Assembly: GCA_963715025.1 (NCBI GenBank)
Contig: CAVQQQ010000003.1
Span: 406,984 to 470,983, forward strand
Length of the DNA: 64,000 nucleotides
Direction: 5' to 3'
From: an uncultured Actinomycetota bacterium
Lineage (GTDB): Bacteria; Actinomycetota; Actinomycetes; Actinomycetales; Dermatophilaceae
A program made the translations under genes and the position numbers. Each line of letters starts with the position of its first letter. Position 1 is the first letter of the stretch. This document shows positions 35,944 through 47,624 of the stretch, in pieces. A model generated the notes under the pieces. That model saw nothing but the letters and a program-made list of their open reading frames with translations. It did no database searches and had not been told where the DNA came from.

Positions 35944-37016
35944 TGAGCCACGCCGCGGACGGCCTGGCCGCCGTGGCGCGCCCCTCTCCGCAGCAACCCC
36001 GCCTGGATCCCTCGATGCGCAGCGCCCTCCCCGACCCCGGGACCGCCCCCGCCGTCACGGCCGCGGACCACCGCCCGTGGCCGAGTGGGTCCGTCATCGT
36101 CCCCAGCCACGGGGGCGCCCAACGCCTCCCCATCCTGCTCGACGCCCTGTGCCACCAGGACTTCACCGAGCCCTGGGAAGTCGTCGTCGTGGTCGACGGC
36201 GTCGTCGACGAGACACCCGACCTGCTGGCCGACTACGCCACGAGGCTGCCCCTGCGCAGCCTCGTCGCCGACGAGCCCCAGGGGCCGATAGCGGCGTTGA
36301 ATGCCGGGTTCGGCGCCGCCCGGGGGGAGGTCTTGATCCGGGCCGGGGACGACCTGACCCCAGAGGAGAGCTTTGTCGCCCGGCACGTCGCCTGGCACGA
36401 AGGGCGCGAGGACCTCGCGGTCATCGGCATGGCGCGCGACCTCTATCCCTACACGGCGTTTGCCCGCTCCTACGGCATCGAGCACGACGAGGAGGCCCGT
36501 CAGCAGGCCTACTCGAGCGACGAGGACGCGCTGTGGACCCTGTGGGGTCCCAACAGCTCACTCCATCGGGGCGCGTGGGCCCGGGTCGGTGGCTTCGACC
36601 TGGGGCTCCCGCTGGGCCACGATGCCGACTTCGGCTGGCGGCTCCGGGAAGCGGGCATCCGCTTCCTTGTCGACCCCGAGCTGGAGACCGAGCGGCGCAG
36701 CCCCCCGGCGACCGCGGCAGACCGCGTGGCGCGGGCCTTCAGCGAGGGCGCTGCCCGGAAATACGTCGAGCTTGCTCACCCCGGAGTGCGGTGGCCGGAC
36801 CCAGAGCCCGCGCCGTCGCGCTGGCATACAACCTCGGTCCGTTTCGTGGCGCGGCGCCTGCGCACGCCGGAGCGGTTCCAGCGCGCTGCGCGGGCCCTCG
36901 ACCGCTCGCTTCCCCGGATGCCGCAGGGCATGGGCCACCGCAGCGTGGAGATCCTCGAGGACTCGGCTCGCCGGGCCGGACACCTGCGGGTCAGGCCACC
37001 GGCTTCCAGGTCTTGA
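35943..37016 (+). CDS. Glycosyltransferase family 2
   Basis: ATG overlaps the upstream TAA. SVIVPSHGGAQRLPILLDALCHQDF, VVVVVDGVVDETPDLL, ALNAGFGAARGEVLIRAGDDLTP. Confidence 0.75.
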   Translation: MSHAADGLAAVARPSPQQPRLDPSMRSALPDPGTAPAVTAADHRPWPSGSVIVPSHGGAQRLPILLDALCHQDFTEPWEVVVVVDGVVDETPDLLADYATRLPLRSLVADEPQGPIAALNAGFGAARGEVLIRAGDDLTPEESFVARHVAWHEGREDLAVIGMARDLYPYTAFARSYGIEHDEEARQQAYSSDEDALWTLWGPNSSLHRGAWARVGGFDLGLPLGHDADFGWRLREAGIRFLVDPELETERRSPPATAADRVARAFSEGAARKYVELAHPGVRWPDPEPAPSRWHTTSVRFVARRLRTPERFQRAARALDRSLPRMPQGMGHRSVEILEDSARRAGHLRVRPPASRS

Positions 37017-37938
37017 GCCCGTCGCTGGACTTCCAGACGTCGCCGCGCACGAGCAGCCAGGCGGTCTTGCCCGTCACCGACAGCGCCACCGCCCCCGGCT
37101 TCACGTCCTTCACCGGCACCTCGACGCAGGCGAGGGCCTTGGCTGCGCTCGAGCTGACCGACCAGACCTGCACGCCCGCACACTCTGTGTTGGCGCCGGC
37201 CGCGTAGGCCTGGGTCCCCGAACTGCCTGCGGACACGGCATACGCACCGGTTGCCTCGCTGACGTCGGACCAGGTGGCTCCGGAGTCGGTGGAGCGCCGG
37301 ACCATGCCCGTGCTGCAGAGCACCACAGCGCTTTCGGCGGTCGCGCCTCGGGAGAAGTCGACGACCGCCTGGCCGTCGCAGGGCTCGACGGTGCTGCCGC
37401 TCGGTAGCAGCAGGCGGCTGGTGCTCTTCGCGCTGAGCGCCCATGTGCTGCTGGCGGGCTGGGGGGTGGACCAGGTGGCCCCGCCGTCGGACGTGGACGT
37501 GAGCACCAGCCTGCAGTCGCTCTTGGCGCCCACAGCGAACGCCTCGTTGGCGCTGGTCGCCTGCACCCGGGTGACCACCTCGAGGGGCACGTTCTGGGCC
37601 GACCAGGTGGCGCCGCCATCGCTCGTGGTCTCGAGCTTGGCGCCGCCCCGGTCACAGGAGCCCACGGTCGCCCGCCAGGCAACGTTGCCGTCGAGCGCCA
37701 CGATGATCGACTTGAGGCGGGTAGGGGGGGCCGGCTTGGGTGCCAGGGTGGTCGGGGAGGCGGTGGTGGTCGTTGCGGTCGTGGCTGTCGTCTGGCTGGG
37801 CCGGGCCTGCGGCACCGATGCCGACGAACGGGAGATGATCGAGTCGGCGACGCCCCGGCCGGGACGCATCAACAGGGCGATCAGAATGAGGTCGACGACA
37901 ATGAGGGCGCCGATGAAGGCCCCTTTCAGCCACGCCAT
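36991..37938 (-). CDS. Membrane-anchored BNR/Asp-box repeat protein (Ycf48-like beta-propeller)
   Basis: ATG at 37938 with GGAGG 7 nt upstream. TM anchor MAWLKGAFIGALIVVDLILIALL, a Thr/Pro linker, then four SxDxGxTW-type boxes (TSDGGATWS, TSDGGATWS, STDSGATWS, SSDGLKTWK). Confidence 0.65.
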   Translation of the reverse strand: MAWLKGAFIGALIVVDLILIALLMRPGRGVADSIISRSSASVPQARPSQTTATTATTTTASPTTLAPKPAPPTRLKSIIVALDGNVAWRATVGSCDRGGAKLETTSDGGATWSAQNVPLEVVTRVQATSANEAFAVGAKSDCRLVLTSTSDGGATWSTPQPASSTWALSAKSTSRLLLPSGSTVEPCDGQAVVDFSRGATAESAVVLCSTGMVRRSTDSGATWSDVSEATGAYAVSAGSSGTQAYAAGANTECAGVQVWSVSSSAAKALACVEVPVKDVKPGAVALSVTGKTAWLLVRGDVWKSSDGLKTWKPVA

Positions 37939-38292
37939 GGTGACCTCCAGCGCGACCGGACGTACGCCGGGGAACGCCACGCTGCCAGACCGAGCATCCG
38001 ACCGCACCTCCCTCATCTCGTGGTCCGACGTGGGGGCGGTCCGGATGACCGCCCGGCAACCGAGGACACGCGGCACTGACACCGGTGGCCGGAGCGGGTG
38101 TCATGGGCGCTCAGATCCTACCCTCAGCACCGCGGGGCCCCTCTATCCCGCCCGCGGTCTGGACGTTCGTCCCCGACCGACCGCTGTCACGGTGACCTAC
38201 GTCGCGTCAGGGAGCCCCCGCCCGCAATCCGTTGGCCGGCATCACCCTCCTCCAAGCGCGCCCCGTGGCCTGCTCGCGGGGTTCGAGGCAGG

Positions 38293-39126
38293 ATGGCGCC
38301 CATGCACACACCCACCACCGTCCAGCGACTCGCCGCGGAGTTCCTCGGCACCTTCTGGCTGGTTTTCGCGGGCTGCGGCAGCGCGATCTTCGCCGCCACC
38401 TACGTGACCGGCGGCGCGCTGACGGGCGGCACCCTGCAGCTCGGGATCGGTTTCCTCGGGGTCGCCCTGGCGTTCGGCCTCTCGGTCACGACGATGGCCT
38501 ACGCCGTGGGGCACATCTCGGGCGCCCACTTCAACCCGGCGGTGACCGTGGGCCTGTCGGTGGCCCGGCGCTTCGAGTGGCGGGACGTGCCCGGCTACGT
38601 CGGCGCGCAAGTGGTGGGCGGGCTCGTCGCGGGCACGACGCTGTGGGCCATCGCGCGGGGCCGGGACGGCTTCGACGCCACGGGCCACATGGCCGCCAAC
38701 GGGTACGGTGAGCATTCGCCCGGGGGCTACCAGCTTTTCGCCGTGCTCGTCACCGAGGCGCTCCTCACCGCGATCTTCGTTTACGTCATCCTCGGCGCCA
38801 CCGACTCGCGGTCGCCGAGAGGTTTCGAGCCGCTCGCCATCGGCCTGACGCTCACCCTCATTCACTTGATCTCGATCCCGATCAGCAACACGTCGGTCAA
38901 CCCGGCGCGCTCGACCGCCGTCGCCTTCTTCAACGGCAACGGCGCCCCGGCTCAGCTGTGGCTCTTCTGGGTGGCGCCGCTCCTGGGCGCGGCGATTGCC
39001 GGTGCCACGTTCCACCTCGTCACCGGCGTCGACAGGCGCGACCGCGACATCAGCGGCTCGATCTCCGCGGCGGACGTGATGGTTCCCGAGGGTGTCGACC
39101 CCGACGCCCCCCGCCCTCGCGTCTGA
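38293..39126 (+). CDS. aqpZ: Aquaporin Z
   Basis: [21 protein letters not shown], with two NPA boxes ([14 protein letters not shown] and [13 protein letters not shown]). Confidence 0.9.
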   Translation: MAPMHTPTTVQRLAAEFLGTFWLVFAGCGSAIFAATYVTGGALTGGTLQLGIGFLGVALAFGLSVTTMAYAVGHISGAHFNPAVTVGLSVARRFEWRDVPGYVGAQVVGGLVAGTTLWAIARGRDGFDATGHMAANGYGEHSPGGYQLFAVLVTEALLTAIFVYVILGATDSRSPRGFEPLAIGLTLTLIHLISIPISNTSVNPARSTAVAFFNGNGAPAQLWLFWVAPLLGAAIAGATFHLVTGVDRRDRDISGSISAADVMVPEGVDPDAPRPRV

Positions 39127-39293
39127 CCCGCGCCCCCGGCCCGCCAGCGCACGAGGTTCGTCCGCCAGAGTGTGGGGTTGAGGGGGTCAGGACCCCCCGA
39201 AGCCCACCCTTGCCGGGCAGGGGACGTAACCGGCCGGCATACCCTCGGCCGGCGATGACGAGGCGCTGCCGTGGCCTCGGAGCGGTTCGATAG

Positions 39294-41570
<2,277 letters not shown>

Positions 41571-41764
41571 TCGAGCAGGTCCGCAAGCCACTGCCGCACG
41601 GCGCTCAGGGTTGCTGGCGTCACCGTGCCGGAGATCGACCTCACCCGGGTACGGCTGACGGTGCGTGGCTGCTCGGTCATGGCCCAGCTGGGGCGACTCA
41701 AGCCGGTGGGGCCATGCAGTCGCACGTGGTTGGGCCAGCCGCGGTCCACCACAGTCACGGGCGG

Positions 41765-42151
41765 TCATCGCAAGCGACGTGGGCCGCCGTCCTCGCCCAG
41801 GCCCCAGCTGAGGATCCACCTCGGGTGGACGCGGATCACCTGGCTGGTCATGCCAGCCATGACCGGTTCCTGCCCCTCGAGCGCCTCCGCCCGCCCGCGG
41901 AGCTCAACCCCTCGGGGGCGCCAGGGCCGCGTCGACGCCAAGTCGTCGACGACGAACGCCACCTCACCGTTGTCGACGACGTTGCGCCACTTCGCCGAGT
42001 GCCCCAGTCGCCGGCCCCCGATGTCGATCGTCCCATTGTCGTTGACCCGGAAGCCCACCGGTGAGTTCTGGAGAGTTCCGTCGGCCCGCCTGGTCGCCAG
42101 GCGCCCGAGGAACTGCGATTTGAGGTATGCCGTCTCCGCTGCGGTGAACAT
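41765..42151 (-). CDS. PPOX-class (pyridoxamine 5'-phosphate oxidase-like) probable F420-dependent enzyme
   Basis: From ATG at 42151: MFTAAETAYLKSQFLGRLATRRADGTLQNSPVGFRV...GEVAFVVDDL...PRGVELRGRAE...IRVHPRWILSWGL. Confidence 0.7.
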   Translation of the reverse strand: MFTAAETAYLKSQFLGRLATRRADGTLQNSPVGFRVNDNGTIDIGGRRLGHSAKWRNVVDNGEVAFVVDDLASTRPWRPRGVELRGRAEALEGQEPVMAGMTSQVIRVHPRWILSWGLGEDGGPRRLR

Positions 42152-42252
42152 GGGGTTCAGCCTCCGTCGTGAAGCGCGCTTGATGTCAAGCCGCTCGTCC
42201 GCATGGGAGGCCCCGGTCCGGGGCACACCATGGGTGAGCCTGTCTGAGAGGA

Positions 42253-43086
42253 GTGCCGATCTCTGTGTCGTCAACCCTGTCCTCAAGTCTGTCCTCGACG
42301 CTGTCCTCAGCCCTGAAGAGCGTGCGGCGCCCGAGCCGCTCGGTCCGCAGCACCCGCCTGCTATTGGGTGGCGCCGCCCTGGCCCTGGTCGCCGTCCCGT
42401 TCACCCTGGTGCTCGTCCTGGTCGAGGACAAGTGGGAGCCACTCGCCGAGGCCGACCAGGTCGCGCGCGACGGGCTCCACGGGTTTGCCGTGGGGCATCC
42501 TGCGTTCGTGACCCTCATGCGGGTCATCAGCGACTCCGGCTCTGCGCTCGCCTGGCAGATCATCCTGGGCCTGGTGGCGATCTGGCTGCTCTGGCGGCGA
42601 CTGTGGCGGCTTGCCCTGTTCGTGGTGGCGACCGGCGCGGGCTCCTCGCTGCTCAACAGCGTGGTCAAGTCAGCCGTGAACCGACCGCGGCCGCTGGTGT
42701 CACATCCCCTGCTGCACGAGCCCGGAGCCAGCTTCCCGAGCGGCCATGCCCAGGCGGCGATCACGGGGTATGCCGTCCTCCTCCTCGTGTTCGTGCCGGT
42801 CTTGTCACACGCCTGGCGCTGGATCGCCTCCGCTGCGGCGGTGGTCATGGTCCTGGCCATCGGCTTCTCGCGAGTCGCCATGGCAGCCCACTTCGTCTCC
42901 GACGTGTTGGCTGCCTACATCCTCGGAGCTGCCTGGGTTGTGGCCATGACCGCGCTGTTCAGTGCCTGGCGGCTCCATCGTGGCCGTCCTGCAGTGACAC
43001 CGAGCGAGGGCCTCGAACCCGAGCAGACCAGACGCCTGGACCCGACAGCTCGGGCCGCGCAGCGCGACGTATCCCAGCCCGAGTGA
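42253..43086 (+). CDS. PAP2 family phosphatase
   Basis: Complete PAP2 motifs KSAVNRPRP, FPSGHA and SRVAMAAHFVSDV. The start is uncertain (GTG at 42253 or 42265). Confidence 0.8.
   Translation: MPISVSSTLSSSLSSTLSSALKSVRRPSRSVRSTRLLLGGAALALVAVPFTLVLVLVEDKWEPLAEADQVARDGLHGFAVGHPAFVTLMRVISDSGSALAWQIILGLVAIWLLWRRLWRLALFVVATGAGSSLLNSVVKSAVNRPRPLVSHPLLHEPGASFPSGHAQAAITGYAVLLLVFVPVLSHAWRWIASAAAVVMVLAIGFSRVAMAAHFVSDVLAAYILGAAWVVAMTALFSAWRLHRGRPAVTPSEGLEPEQTRRLDPTARAAQRDVSQPE
42277..42312 (+). repeat. 12-nt tandem repeat x3 (CTGTCCTCnnnn) inside the PAP2 N-terminus
   Basis: CTGTCCTC recurs at 42277, 42289 and 42301 and encodes LSS[ST]-type tetrapeptide repeats. Confidence 0.6.
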
Positions 43087-43202
43087 GCGCGCCTCCGGCT
43101 GAGCCACGCGGTCTGACCTGGTTCTTCGCTGGCGCGCCGCCCGGGGGTGGTGACTGGCACAAGGCCAAGGCCGCCCCTCGGGGCCGGCGCACCGGCATAC
43201 CC

Positions 43203-43700
43203 CTAGAGGCGGCCGAAGTGCGGTCGACCCGCGAAGGCGAGGGCCAGCGCCAGCCGTTCCCTGGTTGTGGGCGAGAGGTCAGGCAGCGCGTCGAGGGCGA
43301 ACCAGCCGACCGCCAGGGACTCGTCGTCGTTGACGCGTGCCTCGCCACCGAGCGGCCGGCACCGGAAGCACAGGTCGAGGTACTGGGCCACGTCGCCATT
43401 GGGGTAGGTGATCGGCGGGAGCGCAAGCACGCTGGTGAGCTCGCCGACCTCGACCGTCAGGGCAGTCTCCTCCCAGACCTCGCGGGCCAAGGCGGTCATC
43501 GGCTCCTCGCCCGGCTCGAGGATGCCGCTCACCAGCGACCACTGGCCGTTGTCGGCCCGCTGGATGCACAGGAGACGGTCGGCGTCGTCGCGCACCACCC
43601 CAGTCACCCCGACCAGAGGCAGCGGAGCGTGGCCGACCTGCTTGCGCAGGGCGAGGATGAAGTCGGGCACTGGCATGCGCTCACGGTAGGCCACCGCCAC
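43203..43700 (-). CDS. NUDIX hydrolase
   Basis: Nudix box GILEPGEEPMTALAREVWEETAL. The start is GTG at 43700 or ATG at 43676. Confidence 0.85.
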   Translation of the reverse strand: MAVAYRERMPVPDFILALRKQVGHAPLPLVGVTGVVRDDADRLLCIQRADNGQWSLVSGILEPGEEPMTALAREVWEETALTVEVGELTSVLALPPITYPNGDVAQYLDLCFRCRPLGGEARVNDDESLAVGWFALDALPDLSPTTRERLALALAFAGRPHFGRL

Positions 43701-43904
43701 TGCACTCGCTGGTCACCACGGAGCCACCGGCCGACACCCCTCGCGGGACTGCTACCGTCGCTGCCGACGGCGGTCGGGTTGGTGTCGGGTGCGGTGCAGC
43801 GACGGTGCTGCCGATGCCCGCCAAGGCCCGATCGAGGCCCAACCGAGCATGAGCAGAGCACGCAAGGACAGTCCAGCACCAGCGGATGACCGAAGGGGTT
43901 CATC

Positions 43905-44897
43905 GTGAGCACTTCCCCCGTCAAGGTGGCCGTGACCGGCGCGGCCGGCCAGATCGGCTACAGCATCCTGTTCCGCATTGCGAGTGGCGCGATCTTCGGC
44001 GCCGAGACTCCCGTCGAGCTCCGGCTCCTGGAGATCACGCCCGCGCTCAAGGCGCTCGAGGGTGTCGTGATGGAGCTCGACGACTGCGCCTTTCCGACCC
44101 TGGCCAAGGTCGAGATCGGTGACGACCCCAACGTGATCTTCGAGGGCGTCAACCAGGCCCTTCTCGTGGGAGCCCGGCCACGCGGCCCCGGCATGGAGCG
44201 CGGCGACCTGCTCGAGGCAAACGGCGGCATCTTCGCGCCGCAGGGCAAGGCGCTCAACGCGCACGCGGCCGATGACATCCGAGTCACGGTCACGGGCAAC
44301 CCAGCCAACACCAACGCGCTCATCGCCATGAGCAACGCACCCGACATCCCCCATGAGCGCTTCTCGGCGCTGACCCGCCTCGACCACAACCGGGCCATCT
44401 CGCAGCTCGCTGCCAAGCTCGGGGTGCCGGTCACCGAGGTCAGGAAGATGACGATCTGGGGCAACCACTCGGCCACGCAGTACCCCGACCTCTTCCACGC
44501 GGAGGTCTCGGGCAAGAACGCCGCCGAGGCGGTGAACGACCCGGAGTGGCTGGCCGGCACGTTCATTCCCACCGTGGCGAAGCGGGGCGCGGCCATCATC
44601 GCGGCGCGCGGCGCGTCGTCGGCTGCATCAGCGGCCTCGGCGACGATCGACCACACCCGCACGTGGGCGCTCGGCACGCCGGAGGGCGACTGGGTGTCGA
44701 TGGCGGTGCGATCGGATGGCTCCTACGGCGTGCCGCAAGGGCTCATCTCGTCCTTCCCGGTCACGACCAGGGGCGGCGACTGGTCCATCGTGCAGGGACT
44801 GGAGATCGACGAGTTCTCGCGCGGCAAGATCGACGCCTCGGTCCGCGAGCTCGAGGAGGAGCGCGACGCGGTCAGGGGACTCGGCCTGATCGGCTGA
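43905..44897 (+). CDS. mdh: Malate dehydrogenase
   Basis: GTG at 43905. [54 protein letters not shown]. Confidence 0.95.
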   Translation: MSTSPVKVAVTGAAGQIGYSILFRIASGAIFGAETPVELRLLEITPALKALEGVVMELDDCAFPTLAKVEIGDDPNVIFEGVNQALLVGARPRGPGMERGDLLEANGGIFAPQGKALNAHAADDIRVTVTGNPANTNALIAMSNAPDIPHERFSALTRLDHNRAISQLAAKLGVPVTEVRKMTIWGNHSATQYPDLFHAEVSGKNAAEAVNDPEWLAGTFIPTVAKRGAAIIAARGASSAASAASATIDHTRTWALGTPEGDWVSMAVRSDGSYGVPQGLISSFPVTTRGGDWSIVQGLEIDEFSRGKIDASVRELEEERDAVRGLGLIG

Positions 44898-44917
44898 CCC
44901 GGTTCAGCCTCGGAGTC

Positions 44918-45208
44918 TCAGAACGGTGGGGACAGTTTCAGCGACAGCGTCACCACGGTCAGCGCGGCGGCGAGCACCAGGAGGGTGACCACGTCGAACA
45001 AGCGCGAGCGCACGACGAGCCCGCCGATCCGCTCCTCGGGCAGGATGGCCCGAGCCACGGCCCCGACCACCAGCACACCGGCGAGGACGATGCCGGCCCG
45101 GCGCAAGTGGTCGAGGTAGGCGAGGAGCAGGCCCACCGCGAGGCCGGCGGCGATGGCCCACCACAGACCGAGGGTGGGAATGATGCGGGGGCGGCGCCCC
45201 GGCTTCAT
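44918..45208 (-). CDS. Small two-TM membrane protein (DUF3017-like)
   Basis: MKPGRRPRIIPTLGLWWAIAAGLAVGLLLAYL... Its position between folD and mdh matches actinobacterial synteny as I recall it. Confidence 0.55.
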   Translation of the reverse strand: MKPGRRPRIIPTLGLWWAIAAGLAVGLLLAYLDHLRRAGIVLAGVLVVGAVARAILPEERIGGLVVRSRLFDVVTLLVLAAALTVVTLSLKLSPPF

Positions 45209-45215
45209 CGCGGGC

Positions 45216-46106
45216 TCAGACGGCAACGGAAGACGTACCCGCTGCGGCCTTGGCCTGGCGCTCGGCTGCCTCGACGATGTTGGTGAGCAGCATGGCGCGG
45301 GTCATGGGGCCGACGCCGCCGGGGTTGGGGCTCAAGAACCCGGCTACCTCGGCGACCGCAGGGTCGACGTCACCGGCGATCCGGGACTTGCCGTCTTCGC
45401 CGACCACGCGGCTCACGCCGACGTCAAGCACGGCGGCGTCCGGCTTGACCATCTGCGGTGTGATGATCCCGGGCACGCCGGCTGCGGCAACCACGATGTC
45501 GGCTCGGCACACCTCCCCGGCGAGATCGCGGGTTCCGGTGTGGCACAGGGTCACGGTGGCGTTCTCGCTCTTGCGGGTGAGGATCAGCCCGAGCGGGCGC
45601 CCGACCGTGATCCCGCGCCCTACGACGGTGACGCGGGCGCCGGCGATCGGCACGGCATACCTCCGCAGCAGTTCGATGCACCCCATCGGAGTGCACGGGA
45701 GCGGAGCCTGCCTGCCGAGCACCAGCCAGCCCAGGTTGGTGGGGTGAAGGCCGTCGACGTCCTTGTCCGGGTGGACGGCGGAGAGGATGGCGTTCTCGTC
45801 GAGGCCAGTCGGCTGCTGGACAAGGAAGCCGGTGCATGCCGGGTCGCTGTTCAGCTCCTGGACGACGCCCAGGACCTCCTCCAGCGTCGAGGACGCGGGC
45901 AGGTCGCGGCGGATGCTGTGGATCCCGATCTCCGCGCAGTCGCGGTGCTTGGCATTGACGTACCAGCGGCTGCCCGGGTCGTCGCCGACTAGAACAGTCC
46001 CCAGGCCGGGGGTGATGCCCTGCTCGGCGAGGGCGGCGACGCGGGCCTTCAGCTCCTCCTTGATGGTCGCGAGGATGGCCTTGCCGTCGAGAACCGTCGC
46101 TGTCAC
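45216..46106 (-). CDS. folD: Bifunctional methylenetetrahydrofolate dehydrogenase/methenyl-THF cyclohydrolase
   Basis: [77 protein letters not shown]. Confidence 0.95.
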   Translation of the reverse strand: MTATVLDGKAILATIKEELKARVAALAEQGITPGLGTVLVGDDPGSRWYVNAKHRDCAEIGIHSIRRDLPASSTLEEVLGVVQELNSDPACTGFLVQQPTGLDENAILSAVHPDKDVDGLHPTNLGWLVLGRQAPLPCTPMGCIELLRRYAVPIAGARVTVVGRGITVGRPLGLILTRKSENATVTLCHTGTRDLAGEVCRADIVVAAAGVPGIITPQMVKPDAAVLDVGVSRVVGEDGKSRIAGDVDPAVAEVAGFLSPNPGGVGPMTRAMLLTNIVEAAERQAKAAAGTSSVAV

Positions 46107-46130
46107 ACGCCAGATCCTCCCACGGCTCGA

Positions 46131-47624
46131 TCAGGCCTCAGGCACGGCTCCGGCAAGTGCCGCCAAGGCCGCCGTGAAGCACTCTTCGGGCGGGTTGACC
46201 AGCCCGGCGCCGACCTGCCCGGTGCCGGCCACGCGCCCGGCCATGCCCGTGTTGATCTGCGGCAGGATGCCGGTCCGCGCCACCGCCGCCACGTCGATGC
46301 CGGTCGGCGTCCCCCGGAATTCGAGGATGGGCACCTGGTATGCCGGGTGCTCGCCAACCGTGATCTCGTACATCGTCTGAGTCGCACGCAGCGCGAACGG
46401 AACATCGCCGCCGATGAACCTCACGATCGCGGGAGCGGCCGCCATCGCGAAGCCGCCGATACCGCCGGTCTCGGTGATGGCCGAGTCGCCGATGTCGGGA
46501 TTGGCGTCCTCGGGTCCGTAACTGCCCAGGAACAGGCCCTCGGGCGTGTTCGCCGGACCGGTGAACCACGCGTCGCCCGTGCCAGACACCCGGATCCCGA
46601 AGTCGGTTCCGTTGCGCGCCATCGTGGTGACCACGGTCGAGCCCGGGATCCCATGGGCGGCCATGGTCGCGAGCTTGCATGCCGGCATCCCGAGATTGAG
46701 GAAGAAGTGCTCGTTCGCGCCCGAGAAGCGCACCGCCTCGGCGATGTCGGAGGCCGGCGCGTCGGCCGTGATCAGGGTGGGCAGCAGCTCGCGGAGCAGC
46801 ATGAGCGAGCCGGCGCGGTTGCGGTTGTGCCCCTCGTCGCCCATCTGCAGCATCTGGGCGATGACGGCCTTGATGTCGATCGGCCCCCGCACGCGGACCG
46901 CCTGCTGGAGCAGCGGCCCCAGCACGGTGTTCATCCAGTGCAGGCGGTCGATGACCTCGGGGCCGTAGGCGCCGTAGCGCAGCACCTTGCCGAGCCCCTC
47001 GTTGAGCGAGCACCACGAGGTGCCGTCGTGCACCTCGTCGCGCAGCTCGTAGACCCACATCGACGACGACACCACGCCCGCCATCGGGCCGACGGCATTG
47101 CGGTGGTGGCAGGGCTCGAAGATGACGCCCTCCCCCTTGGCAAGTCTTGCCTGCGCCTCCTCGGGCGTGTCGGCCAGCCCTTCCAGGAGCATCGCGCCGA
47201 TCAGCGCGCCACGCATCGGGCCCGAGGCCCGCTCCCACTCCAGCGGAGGACCGGCGTGCAGGAACGTCCCCGTCTCCAGCCCCAACGCCTCGCGGGCGGG
47301 GCGCACGTCGACCAGGTCGGCACCGGCCGCGGTCATGCGGGCGAACGCCTGGGCGTTGGCCGCCTCGCGGCGCCGGTCGGCGAGCACCGTGACCAGGTGG
47401 CGCTCGGTGCCGGGCAGCGGCGGGTGCCAGTCCGCCTCCGTCACGGCCACCGCCTGCGCCCGAAGCGCGTCGGCGAACATGGCCGCACCGGCCGTGGCAA
47501 GGACCGGGTCTGCCTGCAGCAACCCACGCAGCGGTTTGCCGGCGGCCCCGGTGCGCGCGCCCGTCGCCTCCGCCTGGACCCTCGGCCCTGCCCCGGCCCG
47601 ACTGCTGTGGGCGCTCTCGGTCAT
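46131..47624 (-). CDS. DUF1116 (YlbE-like) protein
   Basis: From ATG at 47624, overlapping the fdrA stop: FEPCHHRNAVGPMAGVVSSSMWVYEL..., MGDEGHNRNRAGSLML, GGIGGFAMAAAPAIV. Confidence 0.75.
   Translation of the reverse strand: MTESAHSSRAGAGPRVQAEATGARTGAAGKPLRGLLQADPVLATAGAAMFADALRAQAVAVTEADWHPPLPGTERHLVTVLADRRREAANAQAFARMTAAGADLVDVRPAREALGLETGTFLHAGPPLEWERASGPMRGALIGAMLLEGLADTPEEAQARLAKGEGVIFEPCHHRNAVGPMAGVVSSSMWVYELRDEVHDGTSWCSLNEGLGKVLRYGAYGPEVIDRLHWMNTVLGPLLQQAVRVRGPIDIKAVIAQMLQMGDEGHNRNRAGSLMLLRELLPTLITADAPASDIAEAVRFSGANEHFFLNLGMPACKLATMAAHGIPGSTVVTTMARNGTDFGIRVSGTGDAWFTGPANTPEGLFLGSYGPEDANPDIGDSAITETGGIGGFAMAAAPAIVRFIGGDVPFALRATQTMYEITVGEHPAYQVPILEFRGTPTGIDVAAVARTGILPQINTGMAGRVAGTGQVGAGLVNPPEECFTAALAALAGAVPEA

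Noticed and set aside
37741-37800. Repetitive-looking stretches (Thr-rich coding in the BNR protein and S10 peptidase, Pro/Ala repeats in CoxG), checked as possible CRISPR or tandem-repeat arrays.
   Set aside because: They are in-frame low-complexity linker coding. They show no regular repeat-spacer periodicity and no cas genes are nearby.
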